Source: Octopus bimaculoides (taxonomy: Eukaryota). Taken from it: a DNA stretch of 64,000 nt. The stretch is taken from NCBI RefSeq assembly GCF_001194135.2, contig NC_068983.1, positions 53,218,280-53,282,279 of the forward strand, in the 5' to 3' direction. Below the pieces are notes generated by a model. The model made no database searches. It saw only the letters and a program-made list of their open reading frames with translations, and was not told the DNA's origin. This document shows positions 13,710-24,972 of the stretch, piece after piece (within the stretch, counting starts at the first letter, position 1; each line of letters begins with the position of its first letter). The translations under genes were made by a program, and so were the position numbers.

Positions 13710-14051
13710 AATATAAACTGTGAGAACGACCCTTAAGGAATCTAGTTAATTATCTCCTAAGGTAAGTTCTTATGCTATATTAGTAACGGTTGCTACATCC
13801 TCTGGAAAAATATATATATATATATATATATCAATGTGTTCAATCCTCTGGGAAAGCCATCAGTGTCTCTCCTAATTTGTTTATTCATTCATATAAAAAT
13901 GTTATTCATGGAAATCATGCAATATTTCAATAAATTAAAACAAGGAGCATGTAAGTTATATCTAACTTTTCATTCAAATGTAAATGTAGAATGTTTTGAA
14001 AAAAAGGTAAACGCTTCATAAATTTCATATTTTCTTTTTCATTTAATTTAG

Positions 14052-14102
14052 GTGTGCCATTATATAAAACAATATTTAAAACTGAATCTAATACAACAGA
14101 GG
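14052..14102 (+). CDS. Putative 51-nt phase-1/phase-1 coding exon A, (G)VPLYKTIFKTESNTTE
   Basis: Pyrimidine tract plus tttag acceptor; GAGG|gtaaat donor; stop-free, frame-preserving; splice sites conserved in the paralogous copy at 24922. Confidence 0.55.
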
Positions 14103-14493
14103 GTAAATCCAAACATTTCTACAAAGATATTCACGTTTTCACTTTCATTATGTGTATAAATTATTCACATATAGTCATAAATAAGAAATCACCTATTTTC
14201 ACAAATCACTTTGAAATTTCTTGTCATCTAAATTATCTTTTTTTATCATTATTTTGTGAGAATTCATTCATCTGATATCACTAAAGAAATATAATGATGA
14301 CTGTTTGTGTTGGTACTGTCTGTGATTCTTTAGATATATTTTTCCTGATGTTATCACTCAGTATATAGTATATCTACTGAAATAACTCACTTCACAATTT
14401 CAATGTTCACCATATTTAGTTATTTTGTATTTTTAGCATCAGTCATTGTAGTCTTATATCATTTGCCTAATTTTCGTTGTTCTTACTCATATA

Positions 14494-14538
<45 letters not shown>

Positions 14539-14879
14539 TTGAAAAAGCAAAAAGAATTTTATTATGGATAAAAACAAATATTTACATTTTCATTAAGATA
14601 TGTTATGCTACTGGTTTCAATCATTTTGAACGACAATTTAGTTATGCTGAAATAAGAGAGAAAATGAATTGAAATAAATTAAATAAAGTTAATTTAGTTA
14701 ATTTCATTTAATTTTACCTTTTATTTCAGCATGACTAAATCATCTTTTAAAGAGATCAAAGCCAGTAGCATATTTTGGTAAAAATGTAAATGCCCTTTCT
14801 TTTATCTACGATAAAGTTCTTAAAGCAATTTTTCTTTTTGTATTTTTTTGATATAACTGTAGTCATGTGAAACCTCTTA

Positions 14880-14915
<36 letters not shown>

Positions 14916-17463
14916 TGTGTATGTTTGTATGTATTTATATATATATATATATGAATATCTTCAACGGTGTTGTTAGACATTTGTCTGTATGTCCATACAT
15001 TATTAAATATATAATGCATATGTTTATGCATTATTAAATCTCAAAGTTTCTGAAATGAGTTATTGTTAAGACAATTATTATTTTTGAGACTATTTCCTCC
15101 ATGTTTAAAGATGAAACAGTGTTTTACTATTTACATCTACAATGTTGATGTTAATATAAAGAAAAATGTTTCATCTCTTATAATGAGGTTAATTGTTGTA
15201 ATAAAAACAATTGTATATGAATTGTGTTGAGACTTATTTCTTTTCTTTTGTGTCAGTGATTTACTCATTATACTAATTACATTTAAATTAAATAACCAAT
15301 TTGTAAGAAGTTATGGATCATTTCATGTTATCTAATGTGACTTGAAGGATGAAAGATCAAGGAATCTCTATTGGTGCTAGTGATCTGGAAAGCATTGGGT
15401 TTGGTCCTACACCTTTTTCTAACAATTTCCATAAACAAGTATTTACAGAAAAGCAAATCTTACCTAAAACTGTGTTTATTATGCTAAGATAACTGATATA
15501 CTAGCAACCACATAAAACTGTAGATGAAATAAATTGCTAAAGCAAAATATACTGATTATCATGATTATCAGTACACACACACACACACACACATTACACA
15601 CTCACATACACACACACACATTACATACAAAGATGATATTACCAAACCAGAAGGGAAAGCATGTGCAGTAAGCATATATGATATTTCTTTCTCTGAAAAT
15701 ACTAAACCTTCTATTCTCTAGAACATGTGAATACGAAGAAAGAAAAACCAATTTTGTTGGTGACAAAGATCAAAAGTATATGAATGGAATGAAATATTGT
15801 TTGCAAAGAGATTGAGAATCTATCATAGAGTTATGACACTTTGCTATTTCTAAGAAAGCCCACATTCAGTACTTTGCCAAATCCACATCAAAGAGATTGA
15901 ACTTCCTTTATGTAGTCAGAAGATACTGATCCATAATACAACCTACTGTATATTATTTCATTGATAAATACAGCCCCATATAATTTTCTGGCATACCTTG
16001 AACTGTCAACAAAACATATCAAATCAAATTCAATGGGAACCATTGCAAATTCTCGTTTTCTCTCCTCTGTGAATATCTTAATGTATAGATTTATATTTAT
16101 TTGTGGTGAGTAAATCAATTATCAAGAACTGTTTCCAATTTCTCATTTCTATTTACTTGTGTCTTCTCTGCATCTACTTTTCTTTGGTTAAGATTATAGC
16201 AGCTCATCTGAGCTGGTGTTCTCTATACTTTCTCTATCATAAGATGTTACTCGTATCCATATCTATTAATTCTCAATGTCTATGTATGGTTATATTTCTA
16301 AGAATCCATTCATAGTTGGATTTATCTGAAAGACTTCTGCTTACACATTTGCATAAACAAATTGACCTCCAATTATTTATATTCAGTGATATGCTATATA
16401 TACCCATACTTTGTAACTCAAAAGGTTTCAGTAATCTTCAGGATCTTTCATTGAGCAAATCTTTGATCAAAGGTATTCAAGTGATGACTGTCCATTTTAT
16501 TTTAACCCCTAAGAATTTACTCTGGCCTACATTATCCATTATCCATCATGTCCGTTCTTTAAGACTGTTGGGTGGGGTGTAAGGGATCATATACATGCAC
16601 TTTCACTGATTCATTGCCCCTCATTTTGTGCGTTTTATTGGGATTTCAGCAGTATAATTTTTCCACATGTTATAAGTTTCCTTCTTTGGTCCTTCATGCT
16701 CTTCGTTACATTTGCCATTAATGTTAACTGAATACGTAATGCTACAATTTTAGATCTACTCCATCATTCTAATGAGACAACATTTTTCAGTGAAAATTAC
16801 AAAATATACTACATAGAAAGCAACAATGAAATAATCAATATAGCAGATTGACTAAATTCTAATAAATATTTTCTAAATTCTGTAAAAGATCAAATACTTC
16901 TGATTTGGATTATGAAATAGTTCTGATGATGCTACTTTTCACTCAATAATTACAAAAACTACTAAAATACAAAGTTTTTTTTGTGCATTGATGATAAAAA
17001 TCAAGACAAATTAACATGCTAGCCTAGTCAATATAAAACATAGAAAAAGCTATTTTTTATTAAAAGATATATAAAGTTGCTTTCTGTTAGTGCATTAATA
17101 ATTCTGTATTTTTGCTTGTGATATCACATTTAAATTGCAGAATTTTAACTTGAAGTGCTTAGAAGTGAATTTGCATTAAAAAACTACAGAAAATAGACAT
17201 TGGAACATTACATAATAAATATCTTAACAGCAACACTAGATCATTAATAAGAAACTTCATGACCATGTATGTATAGGTGTATGTACATAAACATATGTGC
17301 ATGTTATGTATATATGTGCGTGTTATATATATACATACATATATAAATTTATATGCACATATATATTTGTGTGTGTTTGTGTGTATATATATTATATATA
17401 TTTATATGTATGTATATGTAAATATATATATAAATATATATATATATATTTATATATATATAT

Positions 17464-17473
17464 NNNNNNNNNN
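17464..17473. other. Assembly gap (10 N) within TA/TATG microsatellites
   Basis: Directly visible. Confidence 1.
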
Positions 17474-17531
17474 TGTATGTATGTATGTATGTATGTATGT
17501 ATGTATGCATGCATGCATGTATGTATGTATA

Positions 17532-18402
17532 CATGGTGCAGAGATTATATTGTCATCTAAATTACGCAAAAATGAAAGTAACACTGACATCTCATTTTAA
17601 AAGATATATTTACCAAAATTACATAAAAATATCTTGAAATACTAAAGAGTAAATTTCTTCAATAAAATCGCCATTGGCCTCAACCATAGCCTCCAAACGA
17701 TTTCGGAATCTCCTGCAACTCTTTTGGATGATCTCTTTATTTAAGTTGGTGAATGCTGTCATAATCCTTGCCTTCAGTTCATCTTCAGTGTTACAAGAAG
17801 TTTTGTTGGTCTCCCACTCCACTATACTCCACACATGATAATTAAGGTGGTTGCAGTCTGGAGAGTTAGGTGGCCAGATGTTAGGGGTGGTGTGGTTGCA
17901 GAAATTGTCTCAAAGCCATGACTGGGTTCTCCTGCTTTTGTGGTATGGTGCAGAGTCCTGTTGCCAGACATAGGGTCTTCCAGCAGCCACCTTCTTGACC
18001 CAGGGCAGCACTACCTCCTCCAGGCGCTTGATGTAGGCCTCTGTGTTGAACCTGAGGCTGTGTGAGAAGATGAATGGAGGTATAACATTGCCATCACTAG
18101 TGATCACTCCAAACACCATGATGTTAACTGGATGTTTGATTTTTATCACTCTCAGTACATTTCCTCAGATTGACAACCAAACACCCTGAAATATTCATAT
18201 TGGAGCTTCCAGCATGAATGTCAAGAGGTACAGCATATCGTCTCCAAATTTCTGGCAGTGTGAATTGTATCATGATGCTGTTTTTCTCACTGATGGTGCC
18301 CAACTGGCCCTACTATACTGTGTAGTCAACAAGACAAAAAACAAGCAGTGCACATGTGCGAAATTAAGAATATAAAATGGTGACAATTTACCAACCGCAC
18401 CT

Positions 18403-18404
<2 letters not shown>
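17532..18404 (-). mobile_element. Internally deleted Tc1/mariner-superfamily transposon
   Basis: Minus ORFs with KHPVNIMVFGVITSDG..YVWQQDSAPYH and WPPNSPDCN..VWSIVE; imperfect TIRs CA(T/A)GGTGC...ATTGTCA(T/C)C; TA-rich flanks. Confidence 0.85.
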
Positions 18405-18460
<56 letters not shown>

Positions 18461-18521
18461 TACACATACACATGCACACACCACACACACATATATGCAT
18501 ATACATATATACATATATATG

Positions 18522-18559
<38 letters not shown>

Positions 18560-18664
18560 ACAAGAAGGTAGAATGTAAAGGCTTTAATCAGAACCACAAC
18601 AATTATTTCTGTGCCTTAGTAACAGTTGTCAGTTGTTGGTTCATATATTATACATATTATTATA

Positions 18665-19598
18665 AGAGGTGGCATCAAAAAGTTTCCAGACTAGTTCTGT
18701 AGCACATTAACGGGTGGCAGCATATAGTTATGTGTGCAGTGAGAGCTGGCAGTGACCATCAGGAGGCAGTAAGCTGAGTGACACTGCTGTTTTTACTTTG
18801 CAAGTGGTGAAATTTGTGTTTTTGTGATCACATATATGTTGTAGTCTGTGATTTTGTCATGGACAGAAACAAAGAGCCAGACCATCAATTGAGAGTTCTA
18901 CTGTGACATTTTGAAACATTTGAGGGAGGACATTCTGTGAAAGCTACCGGATCTGTGGAGTGTGAGGAATTAGATTTGTCATGATTACAATGCCCCCTGT
19001 CACCAAGCTCTCATTACTCATCAGTTCCTTGTTTCTTTACTGCTCACAAGGGGCTACACAGAGGGGGAAAACAAGGACAAACAGATTAAATCGATTATAT
19101 CGACCCCAGTGCATAACTGGTACTTATTTACTCGACCCCGAAAGGATGAAAGGCAAAGTCGACCTTGGCGGAATTTGAGCTCAGAACATAGCGGCAGACG
19201 AAATACCATTAAGCATTTCGCCCAGTGTGCTAGCGTTTCTGCCAGCTTGCCACCCTCACTCATCAGTTTCTTGCCAAATATAACCTGGTATCACTTCTGG
19301 ACTCACCTTATTCACCAGATTTAGCACCTGCAAACTTCTATCTCCTCCCCAAGATGAAAAAGCAGCTCAAAGGTCACTGTTTTAACACTGTTGTTGAAAT
19401 CCAGAGCAAATTGCAGAAGGTCCTTGACTTTCTTAAGGAAAACAACTTGCAGGCTGGATTCTAAAAGTGGCAGGAATGCTAGGACCAGTGTAGTGTTGTG
19501 CAAGGTGACTATTTCAAAGGAGATAATTTTAAAACCTAGGTAAATAGATTATTTTTTATTAAACATAACTAGTCTAAAAACCTTTTGATACCATCTTG
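18665..19598 (+). mobile_element. Internally deleted mariner element interrupted by a SINE
   Basis: ~30-bp TIRs (AGAGGTGGCATCAAAAAGTTTCCAGACTAG / CAAGATGGTATCAAAAGGTTTTTAGACTAG) with TA flanks; HDYNAPCH..SPYSPDLAPANFYLLPKMK C-terminal transposase remnant. Confidence 0.85.
19027..19257 (-). mobile_element. tRNA-derived SINE with 11-bp target-site duplication
   Basis: ACTCATCAGTT at 19016-19026 and 19258-19268; head GGCAAGCTGGCAGAAACG and core CTTTCATCCTTTCGGGGTCGA. Confidence 0.9.
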
Positions 19599-19773
19599 TA
19601 TAAATAGTATATAAATATGATCCAGCATTAGTTGTGTTCTTGCATGTCATCAGGTGAGTACACAGCTATTGCTGGATCATATTTATATAATATTTAAATT
19701 ATTGCAATATTTTGTTTTGTTTCAGAGAAAGGTTATAATTTTATTCGCTTTGATGACTACAGGTTGCACTACT

Positions 19774-20177
19774 CTCTCTTTTACTCTTTTACTTGTTTCA
19801 GTCATTTGACTGTGGCCATGCTGGAGCACTGCCTTTAATCAAGCAAATCGACCCCAGGACTTATTCTTTGTAAGCCTAGTACTTATTCTATTGGTCCCTT
19901 TTACCGAACCGCTAAGTTACGGGAGCGTAAACTCACCAGCATCAGTTGTCAAGCGATGTTGGGGGGACAAACACAGACACACAAACATATACACACACAC
20001 ATATATATATACATATATACGACGGGCTTCTTTCAGTTTCTGTCAACCAACTCCACTCACAAGGCTTTGGTCGGCCCTAGGCTATAGTAGAAGACACTTG
20101 CCCACGGTGCCCTGCAGTGGGACTGAACCTGGAACCATGTGGTTGGTAAGCAAGCTACTTACCACACAGCCACTCCT
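19774..20177 (-). mobile_element. tRNA-derived SINE, second family
   Basis: Head AGGAGTGGCTGTGTGGTAAG..GGTTCAGTCCC, internal TG/TA tract, tail TGAAACAAGTAAAAGAG; related copy at 39828-40212. Confidence 0.8.
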
Positions 20178-20185
20178 ACTCCTAT

Positions 20186-20190
20186 AAAAA
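20186..20190 (-). terminator. Pol III T-run terminator of tRNA-Glu
   Basis: TTTTT on the minus strand 6 nt downstream of the tRNA 3' end. Confidence 0.7.
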
Positions 20191-20196
20191 TAAGCA

Positions 20197-20268
20197 TTCC
20201 CATGCCGGGAATCGAACCTGAGCCGCCTGGGTGAAAGCCAGGAATCCTAACCACTAGACCACATGGGA
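20197..20268 (-). tRNA. tRNA-Glu (anticodon UUC)
   Basis: 72 nt TCCCATGTGGTCTAGTGGTTAGGATTCCTGGCTTTCACCCAGGCGGCTCAGGTTCGATTCCCGGCATGGGAA; perfect 7-bp acceptor stem, CCTGG/CCAGG anticodon stem, A and B boxes; one A-C mismatch in the T stem. Confidence 0.9.
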
Positions 20269-23200
20269 GTACTAATAATTTCGCACTAATAATTTCCATT
20301 TACATGTTTAGCAGTAGGATTGCCATCAGTCCATCAAAATACTCTGTCAAACCAGAAGTTCACCAATATGTTTCTTTACTACTACTGTCTTTATTTTGTA
20401 TGTTTTCTACATCCATTGTATGACATTCTTAACTTACCTCTGGATTTTGTTATTCTTTTACTTCTTCTATGTTTCTATTTTTCTACTTGAGTGTAATGCC
20501 AACAAGCTGGAATATTGTAAAATTTGCTATAAATTCAGTGCACCAAACTTCCACAAAGTCTTATGTACACATTCATCATCATTCTTTTAATGACACTGTA
20601 AACCACTCCATTACGTTGATGTTTGAATGTTCATGCTGCTTCATTCTGACATGTTTCTGGGTGTTATCCAGAACATGAGCTATAATGTGGGAGGTTGGTA
20701 CATCAGATGTATTCAGACAGAGTTGCCACACAGTTTGTCAGTTCTAAGATTATAGTAGTATTAACAGAGCAATAGAAGAAGAAAATAGATCAATAGATTT
20801 ATAAAGTTGTGAATGAGTTTACCTACTTCATAGAATATACTTCTTTTATTGTTTTCTTGTTGTAACTTGTTCTTTGAATTTTTCATAGAACTGAAATGAT
20901 TACTAACAGTTTTTAGTATGAAATTAATGGCATGTACAATCATATTTCAAATTTGTGTGTAGTCTCTTATGATCTGTTCAGATTCTATTTTATGAAAGTT
21001 TTTCTTGAGGTAATATTATGAAAAATAATTGGTTTGCTCTGCCATGTTTTAAACATGTTGAGCAAACATTCCAGAAATCGTTTTTATACAAATATTTGTG
21101 AACGCTTATTAGAACACATTATAATATCAGCTTGTTAACATCAGAATTATAGAATATTATTTTCCATTTACAAAAATGTTTCACACATTTTACGCTAACA
21201 AAGCTTTGCCAACAATTGTGATGTAACAGTATTTCATATCCATTTAGTGAAGGTGTTGGGTTCCACAGACATTTCTGTAATCAATAATTTTACTGAGATG
21301 CATTCCAAGTTACAAATTACATAAATATATGAATCTCTGAAGATTTCACCCACCTTTTTTATGATAGGCTTGCACAGAGACCAGGAAAAAAACTAGCAAA
21401 TAATGAAATCAGTAGTTATACATAACTCACCTCCATCATACTTTCTGTGTGATTAAACCTGACATTTCTATGAAATAGATCACCAGACGCTGACTGAGAA
21501 TAGCATTGAAATATAACTTATTTAGAAAACGTGGATCAGGACAGATATCTAACACACCTAATATATAAATTCAACTGCCACTAATTAAAAAATAATCTTA
21601 AAAGGTTAAATGATGTCAAAAATATTATAATTAACCTCTCACAAGAACTTGAAGTATGTCTTACAATTGTGAAAAATTTCATCCTTTGTATGCTATACTC
21701 ATCACTAACTACACTCAAAAGTAAAGAATCAATTTTGCTTTTTAAAAACCAAAAGGAAAGAAAAGAAAATTATTTAAAACTCAGTAGGAAAGCATTTAAA
21801 GCTTTGATTATTTTATTCATTTTTGTTTTAGCTGTTTTATTTTGAGAATGATCTTTCCAAACATTTCACATTTCCAATCAATGGCAAATGTAAAAAAAAA
21901 AACAAATTAGTAATTATTGACTTCAGATATTTGAACAAGGACTTAATTTTTTTAGGAAAGGAGTATTGGTAATTCTTTCATTGAAATTGGAAGGAAGAAA
22001 AGCAAAGACAACTCTAGCAGGATTGAAATCTGAATGTGAAAGGCTATATCTAAATTCTGTGAGGCATTTAGTCTGGTATACAACTACATCTGTCTCTCCA
22101 CCACTCTATAAAGTAATATCATCAATAATTTCATTCATGAATGCCGTCATAACTTCTATTCCACAAAGTTCAACATAATGGATTTTCTATTTAAAAAAAC
22201 AGATTTAATCAATTATTGAAAACATTATAAAAATTTGAATGTCTGTATTTCTTATAAAGTAAAGAAAATCCTGGAGATATATTAAAACAAATACATAACC
22301 TTTAGCCAGTGTTTAATATGTTGATCAGTCAATTGTTTATTAGTTCATTGAAAATGAAGATAAAAAAAGAAAAGGAAATTCAACACATCGGAAGAGAATA
22401 TTCATATTAAATATAATGTTATTGTTTCATAATATCTTTGAATAATTGTGTTTATATTGATATCAAGATTATTGTTATATGTACATTTATAACAATATTA
22501 TCTTCATAGAAAGCCACCAGAGTAGCTCTACAGTTTGGTTCTGTATTTGACAAATAATTTTCTATTGCATTCATGAAATTATTTTTATCTTTACTTTGTA
22601 ACAGTAAACAATAGATACAGTAAAAATGCATAGAAATAATATTTCAAAAATATGGAACTCATTTCTGATGGCTGTGAGGAAGTTTCAGTCAAAACAAATC
22701 AAACAATTTTTCTTTTTATTGGCATATAGCATAGTTTTATAAACTCTCAATTTGTATTACACAGTTGGGAATTACTCAGACTATTTTATGGCTTGGTTAC
22801 AGAACAGTAATTGCACAGAAACGGCTTTACAACTGATATCACATTTTCCCTCTTGTCCTGTAAATATAACTTTGTGAAGTTTAACCATTTGAAGAGCTGA
22901 CAAAGCTTAGATAAGCTTGAGAGAAAATGTTTACATACTTCAGGAACCAACTCATGCTAGCATTTAAAAATAGAATATGTTTAATACTGTATTATGCATT
23001 AAATTGATATTAACCTTGTGTGGATATTTTGTGTTAAACCTAGATTTGGGGATTTTCATATTTTGAAACAATTCCTCTATCATTTTGTTTATTTTATTTT
23101 GGGTTATTAGAAAACTAGCACTGGCACCTAGTAATTCCAGTGTATTGTGTAAAAGTTACATACTAGTGTGGAAATTACATACGTGTGTGTGAGTGTTAAT

Positions 23201-23586
23201 GTATGTCTGGGTGTGTGTTTACACACACACAAACACCCACACATACATTCACACTCATAGACATGCATAGACATTTGTAAGTAAATAGTTGACAGTACCT
23301 CTAAACTAGGAAAATCATTATTTTATGATTTGGCATGAATCCAGGCAAAGTGTTTTTTTTAGAAATAATGAAAATTAACAACGGATTAATTATAGAGATT
23401 GGTTTCTAAATAACAAACCAGTATATATGAATATGATATTAATCTTTAAACCATTAACAATGTATCTTTAAAGGGAGTGATCAACATTATATCTCTATTA
23501 TGAAGTTTTGTAGATTGTCACTCAAGAAAAGGAGTCTTTCTAGGTGTTTGTTTTTGTTTCAGTTCCTACACCCATATATATATATA

Positions 23587-23716
23587 TCATCATCATCATC
23601 ATCATCGTTTAATGTCCGCTTTCCATGCTAGCATGGGTTGGACGATTTGTCTGAGGACTGGCGAACCAGATGGCTGCACCAGGCTCCAATCTGATCTGGC
23701 AGAGTTTCTACAGCTG

Positions 23717-23720
<4 letters not shown>
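23587..23720 (-). mobile_element. Truncated (GAT)n-tailed repeat copy
   Basis: Same core as the copies at 1 and 8706; ends in a (TA)n tract. Confidence 0.75.
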
Positions 23721-23772
<52 letters not shown>

Positions 23773-24921
23773 CAGATATAGGAAGATGGTTGGATAACAA
23801 GCTGTTAGAAGCTCTCTTAAGATATATTATTTGTCATGTAATGATTAACATTACATTCATATATATTAGTTTGTTATTAAGTATTGCTGTTAATCTGTAA
23901 TCTTTTCTTACACTGTATGATTGAAACCATGGAGAAAATATTCTGTGTTTACTCAGTCTCAGAGCACCATTACAATAGAATGTTATCATTGTCTAGACTT
24001 CAAAATGTAAATCTTGGATTTACAAACAAAATGTATAAATTTTTAATGAAATAAGAATATTCTATGTTATTTTTCTACTGCATCTTATGCTGAAAATGGA
24101 TTAAACTGAATACCATCACACTTTTGTTTTTCATGTTTTGCAATATCTGAGATAATCTTGACACTTGTAACTATAGTTATAATTTTTCTACTTAATGGTG
24201 TGATCAAGAATTATACAAGCCATGAGATTGGCTATCATATCTTCTGTTTGAAATCTATAGAACTTTATTTTTCTGTAATAAATTTTCAACATATTTTAAA
24301 ATGTTATAACTCATTTTGTTGCCCTTATCATGACAGAGCACTACATTTATATATATAATTTTTTTACACCTGTATAGAAACGTTATTTAATCCCAACCTC
24401 TGTATATTTATGTTTTGATGCATAGAGTTAATTGTGTTTGTCTTTATAAGTTAATAGGAATAGAAGATTTACTTCAATCTATTACATGCACAGATTTAAG
24501 TTCAGTCATGGATTCCATGCTATTAAACTATTTTTAAATGTTTACTTGGTTGCATTTTGCTTAGAATTATTAAAGCTTTTGAAGTATAATGAAATTAAAC
24601 CATCTACTCAGCTACAACAATTACTCACCGCCTTTGATTTTTAAATTTTCAGATAAACACAAAAGTGAAGTGAATATATTTTATTAGTTATTTCTGATTT
24701 TTTTTTTCTTCAATGTCAGAGACTGAAATTTTATCCTCTTTTGCCATTGAAACGTGTTTAATTGAAATGTTGTTCATATTTTAGTCTCTAAATATAAGCT
24801 AAGAAATCTTAATTGATACTTGAAATAAATTTAATTTTTCATTTTTATGTATAGTTAAAATATTTCAAAAAAAACTTTTTCCATTTTGATTATGAGTATC
24901 ATATTTTCTCTTCCTGTTTAG

Positions 24922-24972
24922 ATATGGCACAAAATGAAACAATATTTAATAATGACTTTAAGAACACAGAGG
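24922..24972 (+). CDS. Putative 51-nt phase-1/phase-1 coding exon B, (D)MAQNETIFNNDFKNTE
   Basis: ttttctcttcctgtttag acceptor; GAGG|gtaact donor; 37/51 nt identical to exon A with no indels. Confidence 0.55.

Noticed and set aside
17277-18597. ORFs rich in YI/IY/CV/TH repeats (also near 8557, 23612, 35111-35569, 50832)
   Set aside because: Translations of (TA)n, (TG)n and (TATG)n microsatellites
20438-20506. Minus-strand exon-like segment with ttccag acceptor and perfect GAG|gtaagt donor
   Set aside because: Stops in all three frames and no supporting partner exon; it could only be non-coding and may be chance
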